Positions 51,391-61,726 of a stretch of 64,000 bases of DNA are shown one piece after another. The notes beneath the pieces are model-generated. The model saw only the letters and a program-made list of their open reading frames with translations, had not been told where the DNA came from and made no database searches. Numbering within the stretch: position 1 is the stretch's first letter; every line of letters starts with the position of its first letter. A program made the position numbers and the translations under genes. This DNA is from Candidatus Methylacidiphilales bacterium (GTDB taxonomy: Bacteria > Verrucomicrobiota > Verrucomicrobiia > Methylacidiphilales > JBCBYL01), in NCBI GenBank assembly GCA_050329585.1, contig JBHJOR010000032.1, positions 1,228 through 65,227 of the forward strand. Direction: 5' to 3'.

Positions 51391-52434
51391 ATGTCCTTAT
51401 CAGGTGGCCATCTCACCCTAGCGGAGATTGCTCACCTGATCCATGGAACGCTCACTGGTGATCCATCCACCGTTATAACAGGGGTGAACGATTTGGGTGA
51501 AGCCCAGCCTAGCGAAGCATCTTTCCTAGGGCATCCCAAATACCGCCAGATGGCCGCCTCAACCCGGGCAGGGGTAATACTCGTAAATGGAGAGGAGGCC
51601 GGATCTTTCCCTTGTGCTGTCATCCGTGTCGAAAACCCCTCGTCTGCTTTTGGTAAGCTGGTGAATCACTTCCTGTTATCCCAAAATACGTGGGAAGCAG
51701 GGGTAGATCCCATGGCCTCTATCGCCGATGATGCCAGCGTTCCCTCCACGTGTTACATCGGCCCTCAAGCCATTATCGAATCCGGAGTCACCGTAGGAGA
51801 AAATAGCTATATCGCTGCTGGTGTATTCATCGGACGCGATTCCAAGCTTGGTAGCCACTGCCACCTCCACCCTCGGGTGGTGATTCGCGAACGTAGCTTA
51901 GTCGGTTCTCATGTCATCATCCAACCCGGAGCGGTTATCGGGTCCGACGGTTTTGGTTATGAGTTTCAGCAGGGCCGCCACGTTAAGGTTCCCCAAGTGG
52001 GATTCGTTCAGATCGACGATCATGTGGAAATTGGAGCCAATACCACCATCGACCGAGGCCGCTTCGGGCGCACGTGGATCAAAGAAGGAACCAAAATTGA
52101 TAACTTGGTTATGGTGGCTCACAATGTGTCCATCGGACCCCACGCCATCATTGTTGCCCAATGTGGCATATCGGGCAGCTCTCACCTTGGTGCCTATGTG
52201 ACGATGGCTGGACAGTCGGCGGTGGTCGGCCATGTCAGAATCGGCGATCAGGTTACCCTGACTGCATGGACTGCGGTGACCAAGGACATTCCTGAAAAAG
52301 GTATTTACCGCGGAGGCCCTGCCAAACCGATGCGCGAATCCATGAAAATCGAAGCCCTTACCATGCGGCTCCCCGAATTGTATCAACGTCTCCGCGATTT
52401 GGAGTCCAAGCTTGGTGGGATAACCTGCGGATAA
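51391..52434 (+). CDS. lpxD: UDP-3-O-acylglucosamine N-acyltransferase
   Basis: LTLAEIAHLIHGTLTGD N-terminus, left-handed beta-helix hexapeptide repeats, GDHVEIGANTTIDRG. ATG at 51391 preferred. Confidence 0.93.
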   Translation: MSLSGGHLTLAEIAHLIHGTLTGDPSTVITGVNDLGEAQPSEASFLGHPKYRQMAASTRAGVILVNGEEAGSFPCAVIRVENPSSAFGKLVNHFLLSQNTWEAGVDPMASIADDASVPSTCYIGPQAIIESGVTVGENSYIAAGVFIGRDSKLGSHCHLHPRVVIRERSLVGSHVIIQPGAVIGSDGFGYEFQQGRHVKVPQVGFVQIDDHVEIGANTTIDRGRFGRTWIKEGTKIDNLVMVAHNVSIGPHAIIVAQCGISGSSHLGAYVTMAGQSAVVGHVRIGDQVTLTAWTAVTKDIPEKGIYRGGPAKPMRESMKIEALTMRLPELYQRLRDLESKLGGITCG

Positions 52435-52456
52435 CCGCTAACGAAGAGAAGAAATG

Positions 52457-52528
<72 letters not shown>

Positions 52529-52547
52529 GCAAAGGTGTTGAAACTAA

Positions 52548-53885
52548 TCAAGCTAGCCCGCTTTGCAATAAATTATTAAGTGCTTCCAATCCGCGGTTGA
52601 CGTAAGCCTGATAACGAAGACGCTTGTTTTTAATTGGTGAAGCGAGTTCTGGCATAATACCAAAATTGGCTTTCATAGGCTGAAAATACTTCGGATCGGC
52701 ATGGCTGACATAGTTGGCCAGCGCACCCAGCATGGTTTCTTTCGGATAGGCTTGCGGTTCGATGCCACGAAGGCGCCGGGCTGCATTCCGGCCAGCCAAC
52801 AAGCCCGATGCCGCATTGCCCAGATATCCTTCCACGCCCACAATTTGTCCGGCAAAAAAAAGACCGGGAAGCGATATCATTTCCATAGTCGGGCGTAGCA
52901 GACGGGGAGACTGTATAAATGTATTGCGGTGCATTTGGCCCAAGCGCACAAACTCCGCCTTTTCTAATCCAGGTATCATCCTCAGTATGTTCTCCTGTTC
53001 ACCCCAACGAATGTTAGTCTGAAAACCCACTAAATTATACAGGCTTCCCGCCGCGTTGTCCTGACGCAACTGAACCACTGCATAAGGCCATCTGCCCGTT
53101 CGGGGATCGTCCAAACCGACTGGACGCATCGGCCCGAATCGCAGCGCATCTTCACCCCGCTCTGCTAACACCTCCACGGGAAGGCAGCCCTCAAAATAAT
53201 TACCTTCCCGCCGCTCAAAATCCTTCATTTCTATGCGCTCCGCCATGCATAAAGCCCTGACAAAGGCCTTATATTGATCTTCATTAAAGGGACAGTTTAG
53301 ATAATCTCCCTCGGCTGCTTCAAGGTGGCGGGACGCACGGTAGCATATCGTTAAATTAATCGTTTCCGCTTCCACGATAGGAGAAAGCGCATCAAAAAAA
53401 AACAGCGCGTCTTCTCCGGTGATCCGTTGTATGTCCGCGCTTAAAGCCTCTGTCGTCAGCGGACCCGATGCCACGACCACCACTCGATGATCTGGAATCC
53501 TCCGCAGCTCTTCATGGTGCACGGATATTAGCGGATGACCGCTGACCGCTTCTGTCAGGGCCCGGCCATATCCTTCGCGATCCACCGCCAGTGCTCCACC
53601 GGCCGGAACCGCGTGCGCTTCCGCACAACGCACCACCACCGAATCCAGAAGTTCCATTTCCGCCCGCAACATACCTGTCGCCCGATCGGGAAGCTTCGAA
53701 CCCAGAGAATTACTGCACACCAATTCTCCAAAATAGGCGGTCTGATGTGCCGGAGTCATGATGCCGGGGCGCATTTCGAATAAATCGACACGGCAGCCCA
53801 TCTGTGCCGCTTGCCATGCCGCTTCTGCACCGGCAAGTCCCGCACCGATCACCACAATGGAATCTGATTTAGTTACGTTCATCAA
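52548..53885 (-). CDS. trmFO: Methylenetetrahydrofolate-dependent tRNA (m5U54) methyltransferase TrmFO
   Basis: VVIGAGLAGAEAAWQAA, FGELVCSNSLGS, full-length Gid/TrmFO similarity. Confidence 0.95.
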   Translation of the reverse strand: MMNVTKSDSIVVIGAGLAGAEAAWQAAQMGCRVDLFEMRPGIMTPAHQTAYFGELVCSNSLGSKLPDRATGMLRAEMELLDSVVVRCAEAHAVPAGGALAVDREGYGRALTEAVSGHPLISVHHEELRRIPDHRVVVVASGPLTTEALSADIQRITGEDALFFFDALSPIVEAETINLTICYRASRHLEAAEGDYLNCPFNEDQYKAFVRALCMAERIEMKDFERREGNYFEGCLPVEVLAERGEDALRFGPMRPVGLDDPRTGRWPYAVVQLRQDNAAGSLYNLVGFQTNIRWGEQENILRMIPGLEKAEFVRLGQMHRNTFIQSPRLLRPTMEMISLPGLFFAGQIVGVEGYLGNAASGLLAGRNAARRLRGIEPQAYPKETMLGALANYVSHADPKYFQPMKANFGIMPELASPIKNKRLRYQAYVNRGLEALNNLLQSGLA

Positions 53886-54004
53886 TCACTCAGCTTAACA
53901 ATACCCCTTCGTTACCAAAGGCGAAACCTCTTGTTTTTCACAGTCCATTATCTGCTGCAGACTTGTCAGTGGGAACGCACCACGCTTAGCATATCGCCCT
54001 TAGT

Positions 54005-54520
54005 ATGAAACCACTCCGTCCTGAAGCTTCACCCCTATGGGAAATCCGTTCCTCCAGCATCCACGGTTCAGGGCTATTCGCGCTTACTCTCATTCCAAAA
54101 GAAACCCGAATCCTAGAATACGTCGGAGAAAAAATCGACAAGTTGGAGTCGGTGCGACGTGCTCATCGCCAGTTGACGCGAAGCCGACGAAAAAATGACG
54201 GTGCCGTTTATATTTTTGAGTTAAATCGTAAATACGATATTGATGGCAATGTGGCATGGAATCCGGCCCGGCTCATTAATCATTGCTGCTCTCCCAACTG
54301 CCAGGCCGTCAACCACCGGGGTCGCATCTGGATCCAAGCACTCAGAAAAATCCTACCCGGCGAGGAGCTAAGTTATAATTACGGTTACGAGATTGATCAC
54401 TATGAGGAGCATCCCTGCCGATGCGGAAGTCCCCACTGTGCAGGCTACATTGTCAGGCGGGATCAATGGAAAAAACTGAAGGCCTTGATTACTAAAACCA
54501 ACGTAGAACGCAAAAGCTAA
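54005..54520 (+). CDS. SET-domain lysine methyltransferase
   Basis: IHGSGLFA, RLINHCCSPNC, ELSYNYGY and post-SET CRCGSPHCAGYI are all present. Confidence 0.88.
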   Translation: MKPLRPEASPLWEIRSSSIHGSGLFALTLIPKETRILEYVGEKIDKLESVRRAHRQLTRSRRKNDGAVYIFELNRKYDIDGNVAWNPARLINHCCSPNCQAVNHRGRIWIQALRKILPGEELSYNYGYEIDHYEEHPCRCGSPHCAGYIVRRDQWKKLKALITKTNVERKS

Positions 54521-54552
54521 TTTTCCATGCGCTCCAATGACGTTTATTCGGT

Positions 54553-55257
54553 TTAACGCAATCCAGAACTTTGCAGCATGGTGATTACTTCTTTAATAGA
54601 AGGCTGTCCTGGAGCAGCGGGCTCATCCATGTATCCGTAAACCATTCTGGATCCCAGAGCTGTAAGCACGGAGCGGGAAACATGTGCCTGGGGACCGGTT
54701 GCCATGATGCTCAATCTCAACTTGGGATATTCAATAAGCACCTGAACCAGAAGTTTTAAATCTTCCGGCGTGCGCGCCAAGCTTGCCAACTTGTACAAAT
54801 CTACTCGGAAGGATCTGAATTCCTCTATTAGCCGCTGCGCCTTGCGCCATGTCAGTTTCCGCGTCAGTGAGTGGGAAGAAAGAACCACTACTTTGCCCGT
54901 TTCCCTCGCCATCTGTAAGATAGGCTTAACAAAGACCATATTTCTCATTTCCAAATCCACCGCATCGGCCTGAGGAAGCAATTGCTCAAACATCAGAATA
55001 CGTTCGGTAGATTTCCATCCATAAGAACCGCCCTCTACCGTAGTTCGTAAGGTCAGCAAAACAGGATGCTTCCGTCCTTTTAATTTTTCTAATATTTCTT
55101 CCCCGGACATACCCTCCCGCCTCAGGCAATCGACTCTGACTTCCAAAAGATCACATTCCGAAATAGGAGATGACAGGTGCCGCAGCCCCTTGGATGTAGT
55201 AATGGTTCCTACCAGTAGGTATTTTTTCTTCAGCGTGGCTTTTTTAATTTTAGGCAT
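54553..55257 (-). CDS. aroD: 3-dehydroquinate dehydratase, type I
   Basis: CDLLEVRVDCL, PVLLTLRTTVEGG, VVLSSHS (His), LYKLASLA (Schiff-base Lys context). Confidence 0.8.
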   Translation of the reverse strand: MPKIKKATLKKKYLLVGTITTSKGLRHLSSPISECDLLEVRVDCLRREGMSGEEILEKLKGRKHPVLLTLRTTVEGGSYGWKSTERILMFEQLLPQADAVDLEMRNMVFVKPILQMARETGKVVVLSSHSLTRKLTWRKAQRLIEEFRSFRVDLYKLASLARTPEDLKLLVQVLIEYPKLRLSIMATGPQAHVSRSVLTALGSRMVYGYMDEPAAPGQPSIKEVITMLQSSGLR

Positions 55258-55291
55258 TGTGTAGGTGAGTCTATTTTGTGATTTTTTTATT

Positions 55292-55864
55292 TCAGTTCAG
55301 CCTGAAAGTATCTATGTAAGCACACAAAAACGTCAAGCGCTTTTCTACCGAGTCTTCTTCAAGGATTTTTTGACGTAAATTGGATTCTAGCATAAATACG
55401 CCACATAACAAATAAATCAATTTTGATAGGGATGTAGGCGTTTCAAGAAGATCCAATAAAGAACTACCCGGATCACCTGCTCCCGCACTGAGCGATCCTA
55501 GGGAGGCCGCCAGCTTTCGAATGGATTCACCGGGATTAGCAGGTTCTACATCCTCTAATGCCCTTGCGCTAACTCGAAGCAGAGGATCGAACGTCTCTAC
55601 TTTCATGGTTCGCAGTCGGTGAACGCCCTCAATCTCGACCATATAGGTTCCATTTTTAAGCTTCATGGTGCTGGTCAATAATCCAGCTCCGAAAACGTCC
55701 ATCGGGCGCTCTTTTTCCATGTTTCCCACCGCAAAAATACGGTCGCCCTGCAAGGCTTCTTCAACCAATGCGATATAGCGGGGCTCGAAAAGATACAGCG
55801 TTATCCTCTCGCCGGGCAGCAGAACCACTCCTTCTAACAGCATCACTCCCATTTGACTTTCCAT
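55292..55864 (-). CDS. LON substrate-binding (Lon N-terminal) domain protein
   Basis: 190 aa; LLPGERITLYLFEPRYIALVEEAL is typical of the stand-alone LON_substr_bdg family. Confidence 0.75.
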   Translation of the reverse strand: MESQMGVMLLEGVVLLPGERITLYLFEPRYIALVEEALQGDRIFAVGNMEKERPMDVFGAGLLTSTMKLKNGTYMVEIEGVHRLRTMKVETFDPLLRVSARALEDVEPANPGESIRKLAASLGSLSAGAGDPGSSLLDLLETPTSLSKLIYLLCGVFMLESNLRQKILEEDSVEKRLTFLCAYIDTFRLN

Positions 55865-55974
55865 TCTGACATTTTACCCTCACTTTTTCATTTCGCTTCC
55901 TCCCTACACGACTTTCCACAGAAATACCGCCCCGAGAGGCTTAAATGATTGACGGCTCCTCAACCGCGCACTAA

Positions 55975-57045
<1,071 letters not shown>

Positions 57046-57071
57046 TTCCGAACCCACCACCGGAATAGCGC

Positions 57072-57902
57072 ATGTTTCGCCCCGCATATCTCATCGGTGG
57101 CGTGATCATCATCGTGATCGCGCTACTCGGCTTTTTTCTTCCTGAAAAAGCCAAAACGAGTGTCGCCCAGTGGTCAATGAACCTGACCTCCCCGGTCTGG
57201 AGTGCAGTCGGATGGGTTCGTTTCTCTACCGATAATCTGCTGGACGACGTTCAAACCCTTGAAGATTTTAAAAAAGAAAACCAACAGCTCCGTTCCAAGA
57301 ATGCCGAGCTGCAGACCCACCACAACCAGCTTCATGCCATCCTGCTTGAAAACACACGCCTCAAAGAAATGCTCGGCTTCAAGCAGGAATCTCCTTACCA
57401 GTTGCTCGCCGCCCGCGTGATTGAACGCGATCCCTCCAACTGGTGGAACGCGGTCATCATCAATCGCGGATGGAAAGATTCCGAGGACATCAAACCCGAC
57501 CAGCCCGTCGTCAGCCCAAGGGGCGTGGTCGGGAAAACGGGAACCGTTGGTCCCTACACCACAAGGGTCATCCTGCTCATCGACGAAAATTGTAAAATCT
57601 CATCCGTTACCGAAAACTCACGCGCCCGCGGGATCGTTCAAGGTGCCACCTCCGTTAATGGCGGAGATCCATTCTGCAAAATCAATTTTGTAGACCGCAA
57701 CACACCTTTCTCCATCGGTGAGCGTGTTTTTACCACCGGACTGGGCGGCACCTTTCCGGCTAACTTACTGATCGGCACCATCAGTGAAGCCCCGGATCTG
57801 AGTGCTGACCGGAACTTCGGACTCTTCCGTGACGGGCGCGTTCAACCAACTGCTGACCTGAGTAATCTGGACGAACTTTTCATCCTCACCGGAGTCAGAT
57901 AA
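57072..57902 (+). CDS. mreC: Rod-shape-determining protein MreC
   Basis: N-terminal TM, coiled LEDFKKENQQLRSKNAEL, beta-rich C-terminus with VVSPRGVVGK; synteny. Confidence 0.9.
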   Translation: MFRPAYLIGGVIIIVIALLGFFLPEKAKTSVAQWSMNLTSPVWSAVGWVRFSTDNLLDDVQTLEDFKKENQQLRSKNAELQTHHNQLHAILLENTRLKEMLGFKQESPYQLLAARVIERDPSNWWNAVIINRGWKDSEDIKPDQPVVSPRGVVGKTGTVGPYTTRVILLIDENCKISSVTENSRARGIVQGATSVNGGDPFCKINFVDRNTPFSIGERVFTTGLGGTFPANLLIGTISEAPDLSADRNFGLFRDGRVQPTADLSNLDELFILTGVR

Positions 57903-58414
57903 TGGCCGCCGCAGGATTACTCACTCTATTCTATCTGGCACTGGCTTTTCTACAGCCCTTTATTCCAGCTATAGCCGGACAGAAATGGCTCATTGGCATG
58001 GCACCCCTTCTTCTGGCCTACGCAGCGTTGCGGATTGATGGTTTGGGTCTGATTCTATTCATACTCATCGGCGGCTGCGTTCATGACCTGCTCCTTCTCC
58101 ACTACGTCGGCTTCGGTCCGCTCCTTTGGGGCTGCACCGTTTTTATTGTCACCAGCCAAGCTCCCATGCTGAGGGATTCGGGCCTCTTCGTCAGCGCGCT
58201 TACCGGCTTCATTGCCTCGTTCTTTTATAACTCCTTTGATCGCCTTCTTTACCTCGTTTACCACAGCTTTTGGTCGTGGGATCTTGATCTTTCTTACGCC
58301 ATCCTCTGGCAATCGCTGATCAATGCGGTTCTTTGCCCCATCCTCTTCGCCTTTTTTGACGTATTCAAACATCAAAAATTACCCAAAAGGTCTACGGCCT
58401 ACCGACTTCAATGA
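57902..58414 (+). CDS. mreD: Rod-shape-determining protein MreD
   Basis: 170-aa polytopic membrane protein; TAATG overlap with mreC and ATGA overlap with mrdA. Confidence 0.75.
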   Translation: MAAAGLLTLFYLALAFLQPFIPAIAGQKWLIGMAPLLLAYAALRIDGLGLILFILIGGCVHDLLLLHYVGFGPLLWGCTVFIVTSQAPMLRDSGLFVSALTGFIASFFYNSFDRLLYLVYHSFWSWDLDLSYAILWQSLINAVLCPILFAFFDVFKHQKLPKRSTAYRLQ

Positions 58415-60546
58415 TCATCAACAACCCGCAAACTGATGTGAATTTCCGTCTCGGCCTGCTCAACGTAGCGGTGTTCGGCGCAGTGATCCTTTTAGTGGGA
58501 AAGCTCTTTTACATCCAGCTTCGGGAGGGTGAAAAATATGCCCAGGATCTGAAACGTCAGACTACGGTTTCCGTCCTGCTCTCCCCCGCCCGCGGTGGAA
58601 TCTTTGACCGAAATGGTATTGGACTGGCGGAAAACCGCGCCAGCTTGGATGTCGATGTCTATCTGCGCGAGCTCGTCGGACACTACTCCCGCAGCCAAAA
58701 AGGTGTCCTGCCCAAGCTTCCCTACCGAAACCGCGAATTGGTCGATGTTAAAACCATCCTCGACCAAAGCACTGGCGAGGTCTTGCGCAACCTCGCCCTG
58801 CCCGTCCGTTACTCCACCGAAGACCTATTGCGTCACTACGACCAAAAACCCAATATCCCCTTCCAGTTGGCCAATAATCTGGACTTCGCCACCCTATCCC
58901 GCTTCGCCGAATACAGCATCAACATCCCCGGCGTTCAGGAAACCGCCCGACCTGTCCGCCACTATAGTTTCGGTGCCTTGGCACCCCACATCCTCGGCTA
59001 TGTTGGTGCCGTCGAGGAACAGGAACAGGGCATCTTCATCGAATCCGTAGGCAAAGAAGGTCTCGAAAAATCCTTTGATTCCTACCTTCAAGGAACCCCG
59101 GGACAAAAGGTTCTGAGAAAAAACAACGTCGGTTATATTCTGGGCGTCGAATCTGTCTCCGTTCCGAAAGTGGGTTCCTCCGTTTACCTTTCCCTGGACG
59201 CCCACATCCAGCACATCGCGGAACAGGCCATGCGCAACCAAGGAGTCGGCCGCGGCTCCTGCGTCATCATGGATGTCGAAACGGGCGATATCCTCGCCAT
59301 GGTTTCCGTCCCGAACTACGATCCTAATGTTTTTATCCCAAGCGTCGATGCCACTTCCTGGCGTCAACTGACCTCCGACCCCACCGGACCACTGCACCAC
59401 CGGGCCTTAGCTTCCTACAACCCTGGCTCCACGTTCAAAACCTTGGTTTCCATTGCCGCACTGACTAACCCGAAAGCCAAGTTCACCCCCTCAACGGTTA
59501 TCAATAGCCCCAGCGCCATTTTCCGAGCCAACCGCTGGTGGAACGACTGGTATGCGCCCGGCCGCGGCAACATCTCACTTTTCACCGCCATGCAGTGGTC
59601 CTGCAACACCTTCTACTATCAGTTGGGTCTGCGAACCGGCATTGAATCCATCACCACGACCGCCGACTCACTTGGATTCGGTAAACGCCTTTTAGTGGAC
59701 GATAACGGCAATCCGCTGATGAAAGGTGAAGATCCCGGCATCATTCCCGGTCCTGCATGGATGGATGCCCAGGAAAATCGCCGCTTCGCCTACTGGAAAA
59801 AAAGAAAACAAGAAGATCCGACTTTCAAGATCCCGCGAACGTGGCGTGAACGATGGAGTGAAGGCCATACCATCAACACCTCCATCGGCCAGGGCTTTAC
59901 TCAAGTCTCCGCTCTCCAGCTCACTACCATGATGGTCGCCGTAGCCAACGGTGGGAACATATACTACCCCCGCCTTGTCCGAGCGGTGCGCACTCACCAT
60001 GCATCCGGTGAAGACGAAATCACTGAATTCCCCGTCCGACTGAAAGGCCGCCTCAACCTCAATCCAGCCCACCTCAAAGTATTGCGCGACTCCCTCCGCG
60101 CCGTGGTCACCAGCGGCACCGCCCAGCGGGCCAATTTCCCTGAATACGCAATGGCCGGTAAAACAGGAACCGCCCAGGCATGGGCCGTTGTCAACGGCCA
60201 ACGCGTCAAAGACAACCGCGCCCTCTTCAACGGCTACGGTCCCTACGAAAATCCCAAGTACGCCGTCACCGTCATCATCGAAGGAGGAACCAGTGGCGGG
60301 CGGGACACCGGCCCGGTCATTAAAGAAATTTTCTCAAAAATCGCCGAACTCGAAAAAGGCACCAGTCACGATTTAGTTTACTTAACCCCAGCCATTGGCC
60401 ACTTCCGCGGTGTACAAGCTGAAGAAGTTTCTACCGATCCGGACGTGGCTCCTCCGCCCTTAGAATTCGAACCTATACCCGATACACCCTCCGCCCCGGC
60501 AGCGCCTGTCCGCCGCGGATTCTGGCAGCGTGTCTTTGGTGATTGA
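58411..60546 (+). CDS. mrdA: Penicillin-binding protein 2 (elongasome transpeptidase)
   Basis: 711 aa; SxxK (STFK), SxN (SCN), KTG (KTGTAQ) motifs; Pro-rich C-terminal tail. Confidence 0.93.
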   Translation: MIINNPQTDVNFRLGLLNVAVFGAVILLVGKLFYIQLREGEKYAQDLKRQTTVSVLLSPARGGIFDRNGIGLAENRASLDVDVYLRELVGHYSRSQKGVLPKLPYRNRELVDVKTILDQSTGEVLRNLALPVRYSTEDLLRHYDQKPNIPFQLANNLDFATLSRFAEYSINIPGVQETARPVRHYSFGALAPHILGYVGAVEEQEQGIFIESVGKEGLEKSFDSYLQGTPGQKVLRKNNVGYILGVESVSVPKVGSSVYLSLDAHIQHIAEQAMRNQGVGRGSCVIMDVETGDILAMVSVPNYDPNVFIPSVDATSWRQLTSDPTGPLHHRALASYNPGSTFKTLVSIAALTNPKAKFTPSTVINSPSAIFRANRWWNDWYAPGRGNISLFTAMQWSCNTFYYQLGLRTGIESITTTADSLGFGKRLLVDDNGNPLMKGEDPGIIPGPAWMDAQENRRFAYWKKRKQEDPTFKIPRTWRERWSEGHTINTSIGQGFTQVSALQLTTMMVAVANGGNIYYPRLVRAVRTHHASGEDEITEFPVRLKGRLNLNPAHLKVLRDSLRAVVTSGTAQRANFPEYAMAGKTGTAQAWAVVNGQRVKDNRALFNGYGPYENPKYAVTVIIEGGTSGGRDTGPVIKEIFSKIAELEKGTSHDLVYLTPAIGHFRGVQAEEVSTDPDVAPPPLEFEPIPDTPSAPAAPVRRGFWQRVFGD

Positions 60547-60556
60547 TGCCACTACA

Positions 60557-61726
60557 ATGAACTGGGTTACACTCATCTTCAGAAAACTTCAGGCGTTTCA
60601 CTGGCCTCTTTTTGTTTTGATGGTCGGCATGGCTATGGCGGGTATTTTTTTTATCGAAAGCGCCGTCTATCTCAACGAAGCACCCGACATCAAAATCGCC
60701 CCCGAGCGCCAGTGGCTCTGGTTCTGGCTCGGACTACCCGCTTTTTTCATCGTCGCGCTCACCGACTACAAGTGGTTGTTGCAACTAGGCGGAGTGGCTT
60801 ATGTTTTCTCCCTGCTGGTTCTCATCGGCGTTTTGATCTTCGGGGTGGAAATCAACAACGCCAAAAGCTGGATTCGGATCGGTGGTCTCGGCATTCAACC
60901 CTCCGAACTCTGCAAACTGGCTTTCATCTGCGGCATGTCCGCGTTCGTCATTTATCTCCATCCGCATATTAAAAAAATCTGGCCGCTTTTCCCCCTTGCT
61001 TTGGCTACACTACTGCCCACCGCTTTGATTCTTAAGCAACCCGATCTCGGTTCCGCCGCGGTCTTTGGCCCTATCGCATACCTCATCCTCTGGTGCGGAG
61101 GCGTGCGCAAACGCTACTTGGCACTTCCTGTTATCGCCGCTGGAGCGGTTCTTTTCTTCTGCTACACCTATGTGCACAAGGGCGGGCATGACATCCCTGG
61201 ACTCAAAACCTACCAAAACAACCGTATCCGCACCTTCTTCGACCCCGAACTGGATCCCCGTGGCGCGGGCTGGGCAGTCCGCCAATCCCTCATCGCCGTA
61301 GGCTCCGGTGGACTCAAAGGAAAAGGTTACAAACAAGGCGACCAAAATATCTACGGTTTCCTGCCCCGCAACACCTCTCACAACGATTATATTTTCCCGG
61401 TCATCGCTGAAGAATTCGGCTTCACAGGAGGCAGCCTCGTCATCCTGGCCGAAGGACTGCTCCTTTGGGGAATCCTCAGTATTGCCATGCGCTCCAAAGA
61501 CCTCGGTGGCTCTCTCCTGGCCTGCGGCGTCTGTGGACTCTTCTTCACCCATTTTTTTGTCAACGTCGGCATGACCATCCAAGTCGTGCCCGTGACAGGA
61601 ATTCCCCTGCCTTTTATGAGCTACGGCGGAACCTTCCTCGTAGCCTGCATGATCGGATTGGGCATCATCCAGAGCGTCTGGATTCACCGCAAAGATTATC
61701 AACTGGAAAGGAAATTTGGACGATGA
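60557..61726 (+). CDS. rodA: SEDS-family peptidoglycan polymerase RodA
   Basis: Ten-TM FtsW/RodA/SpoVE protein; QPSELCK, HNDYIFPVIAEEFGF, PLPFMSYGGT. Confidence 0.93.
   Translation: MNWVTLIFRKLQAFHWPLFVLMVGMAMAGIFFIESAVYLNEAPDIKIAPERQWLWFWLGLPAFFIVALTDYKWLLQLGGVAYVFSLLVLIGVLIFGVEINNAKSWIRIGGLGIQPSELCKLAFICGMSAFVIYLHPHIKKIWPLFPLALATLLPTALILKQPDLGSAAVFGPIAYLILWCGGVRKRYLALPVIAAGAVLFFCYTYVHKGGHDIPGLKTYQNNRIRTFFDPELDPRGAGWAVRQSLIAVGSGGLKGKGYKQGDQNIYGFLPRNTSHNDYIFPVIAEEFGFTGGSLVILAEGLLLWGILSIAMRSKDLGGSLLACGVCGLFFTHFFVNVGMTIQVVPVTGIPLPFMSYGGTFLVACMIGLGIIQSVWIHRKDYQLERKFGR

Noticed and set aside
61010-61702. 230-aa minus-strand ORF
   Set aside because: It is antisense inside rodA. This is a shadow ORF.
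61465-61722. 86-codon N-terminal extension of the RNase G ORF
   Set aside because: It overlaps rodA in another frame. The family N-terminus (MILEKI... leading into the S1 domain) starts at the ATG at 61723, which overlaps the rodA stop.
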